DNA of 64,000 nt from Paecilomyces variotii (lineage: Eukaryota), in the NCBI GenBank assembly GCA_004022145.1, contig RCNU01000010.1; one strand, given 5' to 3'. The translations under genes were made by a program, and so were the position numbers. The stretch's first letter is position 1, and the number at the start of each line of letters is the position of its first letter. Of this stretch, positions 1 through 12,428 are shown one piece after another. The notes beneath the pieces are model-generated. The model did no database searches. It saw only the letters and a program-made list of their open reading frames with translations, and was not told where the DNA came from.

Positions 1-241
1 GATGGAGATTGGTAACGAGATCCAAGAGAGCATCTCGCGCTCCTATGATGTGCCCGAGGATGTGGATGAAGCGGAGTTGGATGCGGAACTAGAGGCATTG
101 GGCGAGGAGAACATGTTCGAGACGTCGCTGGGAGAGGATGCCGTACCCAGTTTTCTACAGGACGAGGTGGCACCACCCACCTTCATTGATGAGCCTCCAG
201 AGGAAGGAAAGGTCAAGGAGGCCGCTGGGGGGGTTGGTTAA
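1..241 (+). CDS. VPS60: 3' end of ESCRT-III Snf7-family protein (Vps60/CHMP5); truncated by window start
   Basis: Acidic C-terminus EIQESISRSYDVPEDVDEAELDAELEAL is typical of Vps60/CHMP5; stop TAA at 239-241. Confidence 0.85.
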   Translation, partial: MEIGNEIQESISRSYDVPEDVDEAELDAELEALGEENMFETSLGEDAVPSFLQDEVAPPTFIDEPPEEGKVKEAAGGVG

Positions 242-506
242 GGAGCTAGTGAAATTGGTTACCTTGGTCACGAAAGCGGTGTTGGGGGAAGTCGAGTGTC
301 AAATGTGACGTGTCCGCTCAACCTTTATTTTCTTTTTCCAATGTTACTCAGTTTCCAGATATATGCATTGCTGCGGGTGCAAAGATAAACACTCAAGCAC
401 GTTCAATTTGTCTATGGGATGTCCGGGTGTTTACGTATTGAAGCGGTATGTAGCTATCTAGTAGCGATCCAAGGTGTCAGTATCTTCTGGGGCTCCGTCG
501 TCCATT

Positions 507-2357
507 TCAAGCCTTGCCGAGTCCAACCAGGACCAGCAGCGCGATATTCATAATCGCAATAACCAACCAGATCAAAACACCCAGGATGGCAATGAACCAG
601 TTGTTCCTCATTTTGGCAGACTCGACCGATGTGTCATCGCCTTCCCCGGTGCTTTCACCGCACCTAACGGTCATATACCGATTACGGCACGTGAAGTAGA
701 TGAGCGGTGCTGTGACGAACGGCAAAATGACACTGAGGACTACTTGGGTCGCATTCAGTGTAGCGTTCAGACCATCTTTTCCAACAGCACCAGCGATAGC
801 GATGCTGGGAATGATACTGATAGAACGGGTTATCAGTCTTCGAAGCCAAGGTTTTATGCTCCATCGTAGCATCCCCTCGCTGACCATTTGGCCAGACATG
901 GTGCAAACGATACCAGCAGACAACCCCGATAAGAGCAGAGCCAGTGCAAAGATCGTTCCAGCGGCAGGGGAGATAGATCCCGAGAGAAGATCATAGATCC
1001 CAAAGAGGTCCGCATCGCCTGCTCCAGGCGTCCCGTACAGCGCTGCCCCTGCCACAATGAGAATGGCGCTGTTGACAAACAGTGCGAAAGTGAAAAGAGA
1101 CAATACCAGCTCTGCTATGGAGTACTTCATACACGAACGGATCGCATCTACAGAAGGGCGATATTCCACCTCGCCCCCATTGCTCCCCACCGGCACATCG
1201 GGATTGACATAGCCTTGAGCAACATCAAAACTCTTCAGTCGCGGCTGGATGATCCCGCTGCCCAGGAAGAGAGAGTGAGGCATGACTGTGGCGCCCAGGA
1301 TACCACAACTTTGGTAAAGCCTAGTGTCAACCGTTAGCAGATCTGGCGTAAGAGCAAAGACAACAACCATGGACAAACCCGTTGCCTCTAATGACATCTG
1401 CAGATGGGACATATCCTCGAAACACCTCCCCGATTGATTGGTTGCGAATTAGTGACAGTTGAATGCAAAAGCAAATCACTACACCGAGGACCAAAGCCAT
1501 GACGAAATATTCGAAGGCTCGCAACCCCAACATGGAACCGTTGGGTCTATAGAATATAAGGAGAAATAAGACATCGGCAAGCGTGATAGCACATCCGGCA
1601 ACAAGAGGGATCTTATTGTCAGACAGTAGGTTCAAAGCAATAGCAGATCCAATCACCTGTACACTATTAGTCGCTTGAAGAGACTTGTTTTCAAACTGAG
1701 GATCGGTACCTCTGCGATATCCGTCGCTACTATGGCGGCTTCAGCAAAGATATAAAGGATAATGGTCAACCACCGTGGGAGATGCGCTCTACAATTTTCC
1801 GCCAGGTTGAGGCCCGTCACGCTGCCGAGCTTGATGCATAACGACTGCAAAAAGATGGCGAAGAGATTGGACATCAGCACTACGAAGAGTAAGGCATACT
1901 TGGTGTCCGCTCCGGCCGCAACATCTGTGGAATAATTTCCCGGATCAATGTACGCAACGGCGACCAGAAACCCGGGTCCAACAAAGCGAGCAAGCTTCGC
2001 AATGGCTTGAATCGCCCGTTGGAAAGGAGGAAAGTTCTTGGGGAAAACTGAAAGGTGAGGGAATCGGCTAGCACTCTCTGGCTGTTCAAGCTGAGAGGTA
2101 GCCGTTTCCACTCCTCCTCCAGCAGGTTTCTCGGTGGGTTCGGTCTCTCCGACATCTTCGCGGTTCTGTTGGATCTCCGATGGTAACGTCGTAGCACTTG
2201 CCGCACCGGCCGTCTTGGACACATGGTCGCGTTGTTCTCTGGCATTGGAAATGCCATTGAGATCCTGTCTGGTCGTACCATCTGCGTTCAGAAACGGTGG
2301 ATTCTGATTCCAGTCGGGACGATCCAGAGTATCGTCGGGTCGAGAGGGGCAATTCAT
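507..2357 (-). CDS. NRAMP-family divalent metal (Mn/Fe) transporter, Smf1/Smf2-like; exons 2357-1710, 1656-1379, 1320-507
   Basis: NRAMP signatures GPGFLVAVAYIDPGN, GATVMPHSLFL and VCTMSGQMVSEG; two GT-AG introns restore one frame across three ORF-track pieces; ATG at 2357 (MNCPSRPDD). Confidence 0.93.
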
Positions 2358-2517
2358 GGCTGCAATTACTGGACCACGCAAAAATAGAAAAAAATCTGGG
2401 TAGAAATTGGCGATCACGAAGGCGGCGGCTGATCGACTATAGTGCCGTGGAATGTGTCCAATTCCAGATAGGCGGAGCAGCAGTACTTTGACGTGAAAAG
2501 CTATAAGCACTCGATAC

Positions 2518-2539
2518 TAATAATAATAATATAATAATA
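2518..2539. repeat. (TAA)n microsatellite
   Basis: About seven tandem TAA units directly visible. Confidence 0.85.
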
Positions 2540-4044
2540 CTGCCATTATTACGTGGTTTTAGATACGGATAAAAGGGGGACCTTGGGAGAAGAAGAAGCC
2601 CGATTTTCCCCGCAACCGACCCACGCGATCACGGGCCGGATCGGGAAAAGGAGAAGGCGGTGACGGAGCTGTCATGGTGTCGTCAATACATATTAATAAT
2701 AATATTAAATATGAATCTTTTCTTGAAAAATAATAATACATAGTAATAATAACAATACATCCTAAAAGCTACATTGATATACAACAACAACAAAGCCCAT
2801 CTTATTCTCGACTCGAGTATCAGAGTATTGTATATCTATATCTATATATGTAGTAACAGCGAAAACTGGAGAAGGCTTGGTGGTATCAGAGCTGCGGACT
2901 CCAAGCCATCCCAGACGAGCGTAGTTCTAAGGACCACGTCGAATCACACTGGCCGAGCCATATAATAATATGACTACTTTTTACTCTATAACAATAACAA
3001 AGACCGAACAGGCCCTAGCAAGGCCGGAGCGGATCGACTCGAGGTATCGGGTTCTGTGCGGTACGATCGAATTGTTTAAGGAATAAGACGGGGGCTGGAC
3101 TCCGCGCTAGTCGAAGCAGGAAAAGTAACTACTGTACCATACTTACGTATCAATGATGCTGGGTCATAGTTAATATGTAATGTAAATGTTTCTTGGGTAT
3201 AGTCTAGCGAAAATGCAAGTAAACATGATCATGAGGGGTAAGCTGAGAAACCGGATGAGCAGTAGATAGAGCAACGAACCAGGGCACCGGATACATGCAA
3301 CATCACGACGAACGCATGGGGACCAGCATACGGTTGCTGCAGCATTGCCGTGGTCAAGGGTCTGGAATGCTGGGTGATCATATGTAGGTACAGGACAAGG
3401 CAAGGAGCTAACCAGAATGAAGAGTAACTGGCGTCGCATCTCAGCGGTCTGTCGCATACAGGACCCTGCGTATCCGTTTGGAGAGAATGAGAGACAGCGG
3501 CACACCAGGCGGGCAGCAGGATACGAGGCCGCTGGATGTATCCGCCTCAAGAATGAGAGATGTCTGATGGAGCAAACGTGTGATGCGAATCCCCCATAGA
3601 CAGGCGACCATGGGGGCGGGTTTTATCGATAAGCGTCGCGCGATGGCATCGGTTGCCCCCAGCAACGACTTCCCCGGCATCCGCTGTTTACAACCACGTA
3701 TGGGAAGCTCTACTACACCGCACGGTGCAGTTAGGCGCCTGTGAACTGCATATAGTGGAGTATTATTATTTTTGCTCCTCGTCGACTTCAAATGCCCAAG
3801 CTCGTCCTTCAAGTCCATCTCTCTGGCGATGTTCTTTTCCTCTTCGTCTCCAGGGTCTTGTGTGTCTTTTTTCGTCGTTTGATGTTTCTTGCTTCTCGCG
3901 TTGCTTCGCTCAGTCAGTCAGTCAGTCAGTCTGGTCTTGGTTCGATAGGCTGCGGCTTACTTGTGGTACTGCGTGAGTCGCCATCTCGGCCAGCCTCTGT
4001 TGCTACCGTAGCTGATGCCTGCCAGAGTCCAGTGACGAAGGACA

Positions 4045-6740
4045 ATGGCCCCCAGCGTCGAAGTGCCCAGCATCTTTGACGATGCCACTCGTTCTCCCCC
4101 CGCCAGATCCTCCGTATTTCGCTCGATAATACCGTCAAGAACTCATAAACGGAGCCCTTCGGACGGAGAGGTCCCAATGTCGGGGCGCAGCAGTAACAGC
4201 GACCCGTTCGCGACTCCGCTCCTCCCGGCGGATCATCCCCACGCTTTCCCTGCGCCGCGTCCCCTCACAGAGCGAGCCCACAATCGAGACACCGCGGGCA
4301 AGCCACAGCAGACGGCCGGAGCGGATCAGAAGAAACCATTGCACAAAAAGACGAAAAGCGTCGTCTCTCTGAAGTCGTTCGTGAGAGACAAAGCCGCCAA
4401 GGAGGCCAAATCGGCACCTGGAGAGAACCAGGACCCTCAGGAACATACGCCAAAAAAGGCAAAGTCGACCGCAAGCTTCTCCGTCATTCTGAAGAGATCC
4501 TATCGAGGCCGCAAGGATGAATCTTCCAAGCAGCTTCGTGACAAGGAAAACCAGAGCCCGCGTACCCCCGTAGAATCCCCGAGCAGCATCACATCACCGC
4601 TATGGGATTACTTCGGGCCCGCGCAGCCATTCTCAGACCAGGCGAGAGACGGATACATGCCACAGAAAAGCAGAACGTTGGACGAGGAGGTCTCGCTGTA
4701 CACCCCCAAATGTTACTCTCCATCGAAGCAGCGCAATTTCTACGATTTCCACCAGCCTACATTGGCGAAGCCGCGTCCTAAGTCGGAGTGCATCACATCC
4801 AACGCGTGGAAGGTCAGAGAAATGTTAGGTTCTGTGCAGCGTACCCCATCTGGTAAATCAATCAAAGGGGCCGGTCTGGAGAAAGTACGAAGCGCCGTTT
4901 CGGGATCCTCCCGTCAGAGCTCGGTATCAGATGCTCCACCGAACGGTGACAGGGGACGGGATGTCAATCCCAAGAGAGCTTCGCGTGTTATGGCAGCCAT
5001 CTCGGCTTTCAACGCGAAAGACAAGGAGGCTGAAGTGCAGAGGAAGGTGGAGCAAGTCGATCCAAACGACATCGACATCGAAAGCGAGTTCGAAAAGCTT
5101 CTGGTAAGCAGATATCTCAAGATTTATTCTCTCAGATCAAATCTAATGCCGTCCAGGACTCTCGAAATATACCTCAGAACATGCGCGACAAGATGAGGTC
5201 TCTTGACAGACATATAAAGGCGGACTTTATCCAGAAGGACAAGACCGAAAGCGGCTCATCTTTCAACTCGTATTCTAGTTCCTCAGCAACCGACTCTGGA
5301 CGTCAGGGACGGAAAAAGGACGCCTCTACCGCTGGCAGTCAATCTGACTGTGACCCAAAGGGCTCTCGCTCACGCTCTAGAAGCCGGACGTTTACATGGT
5401 CTAAGAGCGGTTCCTCGCCCTCCAAGAAGAGGTCGGAGATTGGGACATTTTACAAGCGCCCTAAATCCGTCGACCTGTCGAAACCCGGATCCTTCAAATT
5501 GTTAACACCATCGTCCTCCACGACTTCTCTCTCGGCTACTGCCCGTCAGGATACCGTTGCTGATCCTAGCGACTTTGTTCACTATCTTAGGGAAGTCCAG
5601 AAGCCTGAGATTGTCGAGGTTGGAAGACTTCACAAACTACGTCTCCTTCTGCGGAATGAGACTGTATGTTGGGTCGATACCTTTATCTCGGAGGGTGGGA
5701 TGGACGAAGTGGTCCAGCTTCTGTATCGCATTATGAAGGTGGAGTGGAGGTGTGTAGCCATCTGATGCATGATAATATTGCTGCTAACTCGTTGGTCCAG
5801 GGAGGAGCACGAAGATGCCCTTTTGCATGAGACGCTGCTCTGTCTAAAAGCTCTATGCACCACATCCATTGCCCTGAAGAAGCTAACTGCGATGGAATCT
5901 GAGTTGTTCCCTGCGCTTCTCAGTATGCTCTTCGATAAGGAGAAGAAAGGCCCTAGCGAGTTTACAACACGCGGGATCATCATCAGCATTCTATTCACCC
6001 ATCTCTCCACCGCTGCCTCAGAAGAGATCACCGCCCGCGCAGCCTCGATCCTGTCCTATCTCCGAGATCCTTCTCCACCGGAGGAGAATCAGCCTTTGAG
6101 CTTCATTGCGGACATCTACCAGTCTCGCCCCTACCGTGTTTGGTGCAAAGAAGTAACCAACGTCACCAAAGAGGTCTTTTGGATTTTCTTGCATCATCTA
6201 AACGTTGTACCGATTGTCGAAAGGAATGGTTCTGGTGAGAATTGCCAGGAGTCTCCATCCTACTATAAGAAACACTTTCCTCCGCCAAGGCCCCCTGTTC
6301 CCGCTGCGCCGTATGTCGGCGGCGTGGAATGGGATGCTACCAATTACATTGCCGCCCATCTTGACCTTATGAATGGTCTGATCGCGTCCTTGCCAACCAT
6401 GGAAGAACGCAACAACCTACGCAATGAGCTGCGATCTTCTGGTTTCGAGAAAGTTATGGGCGGGAGCCTACGTACCTGCAAAGAAAAGTTCTACTCTGCC
6501 GTTCATGACTGTCTGAAGACATGGGTGGCTGCTGCTGTCGAGGATGGATGGGCCTATACCTATGTCAGGGAGGGCCCTCCTCGAGCCGGTGAGCCAGGAT
6601 CGCCTACGAAGTCCCCAGTGAAGGCCGGCAGTCCGCAGAAGAGCCGGATCAATGATGAGCCACCCAAACTACTGCTTGCCGTCGATTTAAGCAGTGGCAA
6701 CGAGCAGAAGCGAGACGGTGACCTCGCGAGCTGGCTGTGA
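4045..6740 (+). CDS. Formin-type GTPase-binding (GBD/armadillo) domain protein, Rid1-like, without FH2; exons 4045-5103, 5157-5749, 5801-6740
   Basis: IESEFEKLL-DSRNIPQNMRDKM and LHKLRLLLRNETVCWVDTFISEGG resemble the Drf_GBD domain; introns GTAAGC..CAG and GTGTGT..CAG join the three ORFs in frame. Confidence 0.75.
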
Positions 6741-7554
6741 ACGTGCCTTTGGCATGTGGTATGAGCAGCATCTAACGAATTTCCTTTGTTCACCTTCAGT
6801 TCCTTTTCAGGGAGTTTTGTCCAAGCGTCGCCGTATTGGTGTGATTGCTTTCCCTTCTCTTCCCACCTATGTTGTTTTTACCTCTAGTTTCTGGACGTCG
6901 CATACGCCAATCATTTTGACAGCTACAGACTTGCCCTTGCATCCTCTGCTCGAGAACGAGAGAGGCAGACGAATAATGGAGTAACGGACTGAAGATTGAC
7001 GATTTGTTCCTTTTTTTCTTGTTTCTTTTCTTTTTCCTTGGATGAATTACGAGTTGACGCTTTGTGCTTCAACTCCTGTTGTGAGCCTTCCAGCAGATTA
7101 GTCTCAGATATGAAATGAGAATGCATTATTGACAATTGATCGAGTTTTCTACAAAGAAAGATGCAGCATAAGTCTTCTAGAGGTTGACGCCATTGAATCT
7201 CTATGGTAGATGGCATAACTAATGCTTGCATTGTATAGCGTTTCTTTCCTGTAGTATACATATATATCAACCGGCGGACGACTTCCAATATGGGTTGAGA
7301 AATAAATCGACAGCTATGGGATATAGTTTGCCGTCCTTCGTCGAGACAACTAATCGGTTTCTCGACGGGGCCGAGGAATGGGACTCTGAGCGGAGACGAA
7401 CACTTTCTTTGCACCCATAATTGTACAGAGGAGTCACGGCCTTCACTATTTCCCGTTTACTCCATACAATACTAACTAGCTAACAGCCTAGATTATCCAA
7501 AAAATACTCCAGTGTAAATCAATTAGAATCTCGCATGGACCTGTGTCTTCCCCA

Positions 7555-8499
7555 CTAGCGCTTTTCTCGATCTTCCGCTCTGTGAACGGGCGAAGGAGGC
7601 TGTGGGTGTGAGAAAATCGAATTCATACCGGAGAAGAATTCCTTTCGGACCTAGAGAAGAAGAAAGAAAGGAAACGTAGATTAATATGAGGAATCATTCA
7701 TTACATGCAGCAGGGGGGAAGGGGATACTCACCTCCTCAACGGGATTATCTTGAGGATCCCAATCCATGAATAGAATGGCGTATATCAGGACGACTGTGT
7801 TTCAAGCAGTGATTAGCATTCATTCATTCATTCATATATATTCAAATCTTAACTTCTCCCCTTGGACCAGCGATTCAGGCCTTAAACAAAAAAGTGGAGG
7901 AAAAAGAGAGAAAAACTCACATCCAATAATCCCCCACTGCACCAACTTCGTCGCTTTCGTCCACTTCGGCCGTGCGTACTTGAGCGCCGCGCGCCGTCGA
8001 TACTTGCGCTCGAGTCGAAATTGATGCTTCTTCGAGAGCTTCGACATGTCTGGTGGCCAGGGTCGCTTTGGCTGGTAGGGACTGTAATATACTTCTGGTT
8101 CGACATCTTCCTGGGGGTGTGTCTCGTGGGGTGGTTGTTGTTGTTGGTCTTCAGGAGGAGATGATGGGTTTGAGAATTGCGTTTTGTCGGAGGTTTGGCG
8201 GAAGAGAGAGGAGTGGATGGAGGGGGTTGAGGAGAAGGATCGTGTAAGGAATGGAGATGGAGGAAGGGCGTTATGGAGGGACTAATTGGATCTATTGTCA
8301 GCTTTACTTGATTATTTGGGAGGGGGGGATAAGGGGAATAGGGTAGCTTGTGACGACGTACACTTGCGCGTGGGAGTTGGAGCTTGTTTGGAGAACAATT
8401 CCATGATGCGACGGAGCGCGATAGCGAGGATCGACACAGTCGAGCAGCAGATGAGGCTGCTGACGTTGTCAACCCTCGAGAGAGTGGTGCAAGAGACAT
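7555..8499 (-). CDS. Small hypothetical protein, probably mitochondrial with one TM helix; exons 8499-8362, 8281-7921, 7794-7733, 7650-7555
   Basis: Ser/Arg/Leu-rich N-terminus MSLAPLSRGLTTSAASSAARLCRSS; core PKRPWPPDMSKLSKKHQFRLERKYRRRAALKYARPKW followed by hydrophobic LVQWGIIGFVLIYAILFMDW; three GT-AG introns keep frame to TAG at 7555-7557. Confidence 0.75.
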
Positions 8500-8746
8500 T
8501 ATAATGAAGTCGGGTAGTAAATCATCATATGTTGGGAAAAAAAGGCCAAACGCCTTGAGGAAGTTGTATGGATCAAAAAGTTCGGAGAGGCGGTTTGCAT
8601 TCCGACGTCCGCGGCCGTTTTTAGCGTTGCAAGTGAGTAAAGTACCATACAAGGATTGAGTCGAACGTCAACTAACTTACGTGCCTCAACATGTTGAAAA
8701 AGCTTGAGATTGTTTCTTTATTCTGCTTATAGTAGGCTGATTTTGA

Positions 8747-8903
8747 ATATATATATATATATAGAGGTATGTATGTATGAATGTATGCACATGTGTATAG
8801 TAGTTAGAACACGAACAATTGGACTGTCCTGCGTGTCTCTGATTTCTGTTAATACCTTTGGGAGAGAGAGAGAGAGAGAGAGAAATATATATATATATAT
8901 ATA
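8747..8903. repeat. Compound microsatellite region: (AT)n at about 8747-8763, (GA)n at about 8862-8883, (AT)n at about 8885-8903
   Basis: Dinucleotide runs directly visible in the divergent intergenic region. Confidence 0.9.
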
Positions 8904-9402
8904 CTGATTTCAGGATGGTATCTATATGTGACTTCAATTTTCTAGATCTCTAACACTGTTGGCTACGGTTTTGCTAGTACTGGAAGGGTAGCAATACTAC
9001 AAGTCGCGAGATTCGTGGAACTCTCTTGTTTCCAAGATGTTAACAGGTCGCTAAATATTTCTTACTCGACAACGACACTTCCAAAGTTGATCTGGCCATT
9101 ATTATTAGCTATGGACGTCCATGCTGTCAATGTTCCATAGACTCTAATCTCGATCCTGGTCTCGTGAATAGAGATCCTCGGCATGGGGAGCTCCAGCCTT
9201 AAGTAAGAAACTAACAGCCATGACTGTAGCGACACCATCGTCATATGAATCCGCGGAGTAATAATACCTAAGCTCTACGCTCTCTGCAATCGACTTTCAC
9301 ATGCGGAGACGGAGAATTGAAAATCAGCTAAAAGACATTAACTATTAGTTATTGAATGAAGATGACAGAGGCAGACAACGGGGAAATTATGATGCGACCG
9401 AA

Positions 9403-9408
9403 CCTCGG
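9403..9408. promoter_or_regulatory. Putative FarA/FarB fatty-acid response element CCTCGG
   Basis: Exact CCTCGG about 190 bp upstream of the thiolase ATG; this core is the known FarA/FarB site of Aspergillus beta-oxidation genes. A hexamer alone is weak evidence. Confidence 0.5.
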
Positions 9409-9595
9409 TACTTTCAGCAGATGACCTAAGTTTGGCTCCGCCGCCGACGAGATCCAGCAATACAAAAAGGCCGGCTTGCCGGTTGCAGGTCAAACATCCA
9501 TCTCTTTGTTGCTAGATAAATTACTGTGTGTTACAGGAATCTTGGACGATTTTCTTTTATTGCTTTCTTGTGAACGTCTGATTCCAAAGACCAAT

Positions 9596-10981
9596 ATGTC
9601 TGGAGGTAGGTGATGACTTCTAGCTTGAGGTGGATCTAAGTCCTGACATGTGAACCCATCTTACAGCACAGCAACGTCTTGGCCAGGTCGCCTCGCACTT
9701 CAGTGCTGGTGGAAAGAAGGGCCCCTCTGCGCTGACTGAGAAGCACCCTGATGATATCGTCGTCACTTGTGCTCTTCGAACCGCTATCACCAAGGGAGGA
9801 AAGGGTGGTTTCAAGGATACCGCTGCGGCTGACCTGTTGGCCGGTGCTTTCAAGGCCGTCATTGAGCGCAGTGGCATCGATCCCTCGGCCGTCGAGGATG
9901 TCGCTGTTGGCTCTGTCCTGCCTCCTGGTGGTGGTGCCACTGAGTTCCGTGCAGCTGCTCTCGTCGCGGGCTTCCCCGAGACCACCGCTGTCAAGGCCTT
10001 GAACCGTCAGTGCTCGAGTGGTCTGCAGGCGATCGTGGACATTGCCAATGCCATCAAGGCCGGTATGATTGATGTTGGTATCGGTGCGGGCGTGGAGAGC
10101 ATGAGTTCTCAATATGGGTATGTGGGATAAGATCCAGCTTGTATGTGGTGGCGGTAACGAAGATCTAACTGGCCAACTATAGACCCGGTGCAGTCACTGA
10201 GTTCTCCGAGCTCCTCGAGAACCACGAAGAGGCCGCAAACTGCAAGGTCCCCATGGGTGTTCTGTCCGAGCAGATGGCCAAGGCCCGTAACATTACCCGT
10301 GCCAAGCAGGACGCTTTCGCCGCTGCTTCTTACCAGAAGGCTCTCAAGGCTCAGAAGGAGGGACTTTTCGACGAGGAGATCGTTCCCCTCGAGGTCAAGT
10401 GGACTGACCCAAAGACCAACGAAGAGAAGACCATCACTGTCAAGGCAGATGATGGCATCCGTCCTGGCATCACCGCTGAGTCGCTTGGAAAGATTCGCCC
10501 GGCCTTTGCCAAGGATGGCTCCATCCACGCCGGTAACGCCTCCCAGATCTCTGACGGTGCGGCCGCCGTGCTGCTCATGAAGCGTTCGACCGCCGAGCGC
10601 CTGGGCCAGAAGATCATCGGGAAGTACATTACCGCCAGCGTGGTTGGCGTCAAGCCCCTGCTCATGGGTATCGGCCCGTGGAAGGCCATCCCCGTGGCGC
10701 TCGAGAAGGCCGGCATCACCAAGGACGACGTCGACATCTACGAGATCAACGAGGCCTTCGCCTCCCAGTGCGTCTGGTGTACGGAGGAACTGGGTATTCC
10801 CTTCGAGAAGGTCAACCCCAAGGGTGGCGCCATCGCGTTCGGTCACCCCTTGGGCTGCACGGGTTCCAGACAAGTTAGCACTCTGCTGACGGAGCTGAAG
10901 AGGACGAACAAGAAGATTGGTGTTACCAGCATGTGTGTCGGCACTGGTATGGGTATGGCCGCCGTTTGGGTTGCCGAGTAA
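9596..10981 (+). CDS. POT1: Peroxisomal 3-ketoacyl-CoA thiolase; exons 9596-9605, 9667-10117, 10183-10981
   Basis: Thiolase motifs NRQCSSGLQA, NEAFA, GHPLG and SMCVGTGMG; the spliced N-terminus MSGAQQRLGQVASHF carries a PTS2 (RL-x5-HF). Confidence 0.95.
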
Positions 10982-11235
10982 AAGATCAATATCTTGCTTT
11001 TCTTTTTTTTTTTCTTCTTCTTTTCTTTGTTGTACCAGTAACGGGCAGGATACCAAGCTATGAATTGAATTGCATACACATATATATGAAACATATCTAT
11101 TCCTTCCTCATTACCCTCACTCAAGCGGAGAGCCCAAAAGCAAACTACTTACACTGAACGAAGCAGATATCAAATCCTCACAGCACAAGTCATTTCAGTA
11201 AACCAAAGAAATATCCACACATCAAACAAACAAAA

Positions 11236-12428
11236 TCACAAATTACTCCTATGCTTCTTAAACGCCTCAGCAACGCCCGATCCATTGACCACATCTTCCT
11301 TGACCTTGTCATCCTGCGCGACGAGTTTCGGCATCAATTCCAAGACATCATCGAGCAGGTCGCGCGGGATAGCAACTACGCCTTCGAGAGGGTCACAGAA
11401 GATAATATCGCCCTGTTTTTTTATATCAGTAATTAGCAATGGAAATTGGATAAAAGGTCTAGAGTTGGCCCTTGGGGGGCTATGCTGATCAGTAGGATAC
11501 CAGCAGGGAGTTCAACTTACAGGAGAGACAGTGACTCCTCCGAAAGAGACGGGAACGTCGCGGGCTCCGGGCTTCGCGGCCGCGCCGGTACCGACGGTGG
11601 ATGTTGCGCGGGCGTAGACCTAGTGTGGTTGGGATTTATATTAGTAGATGGTCTATTATAGATAACCAAAGAAGCAAGGTCAAGTTCAAGTTCTTGCATA
11701 TAGACAATCAAACAAAAAAAAAAAAAAAAAGAATACTTCAACATACCGAAAGTCCCGAACTCTTCAATTCCGCCAAATCCCTCACTCTCCCATTAACAAC
11801 AACTCCCCTAACGCCCAGATACTTCATCCTAGAAGCCATGATCCCGCCCAACACAGCACAAGTCTGTCCAGCCGGCTGTTCCAGCACGGCAATAGTGCCT
11901 GGCTGGGCCCAATCGACCCAGTGCTTCCCTGGGGGGAAACCATGCTTCTCAACGGGTTGGATGTCAGGGACGGTTTCGTCCTTGGGGATGAATTTGAAGG
12001 TTGATGCTGGGGCGATGATTTTGGGTTGGTCTTCCCTTCGGCCGATGAAGGGTGCGAAGGGGGCTGGATGGTGGGTTAGGAGGAGGATAATTAAATAAAA
12101 TAACTCGGGAGGGAGAGAGAGAGAGATGGGTATGTATCAAGCAACTTCAGAAAGAAAGGGGTTTGATGAAGAGACGTACTTATATCGCTGAGAAAACCTG
12201 CATGGGGAGTCGTTCCCTTCGGGACTTTCTGTAGTCTTAGAAGAGCATCTGATACCTAATATTTAAACAATCAGTAAATAAACCAGATTAATAATAACAA
12301 TGATGATAGTAATAATGCACTGAATTTAAGATGATTCTGGTTTTTTTCTTTCTAAGCTGGACATAACTTACATCACAAGCAGAAAACTCCTGCAGTGCAT
12401 TGAGCTTCTGCTCCAACGTAGTCGCCAT
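11236..12428 (-). CDS. RraA/DlpA-family protein (HMG-aldolase/oxaloacetate-decarboxylase-like), 5 exons
   Basis: Spliced product MATTLEQKLNALQEFSACD/VSDALLRL.../...AVLGGIMASRMKYLGVRGVVVNGRVRDLAEL.../VYARATSTVG...VTVSP/GDIIFCDPLEGVVAIP...KKHRSNL; G-x-VRD and PGD-I-x-x-D-x-x-GVV-x-IP are RraA-family motifs. Confidence 0.85.

Noticed and set aside
2358..2510. In-frame upstream extension of the NRAMP ORF
   Set aside because: No ATG and UTR-like composition; the ATG at 2357 has good context.
7882..8652. 256-aa minus-strand ORF as a single-exon gene
   Set aside because: Only 8499-8362 fits the spliced model; the protein-like core is in another frame reached by splicing.
10109..11056. 315-aa antisense ORF over the thiolase (also 9636-10112)
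   Set aside because: Shadow frame produced by the strong codon bias of a highly expressed gene; no independent motifs.
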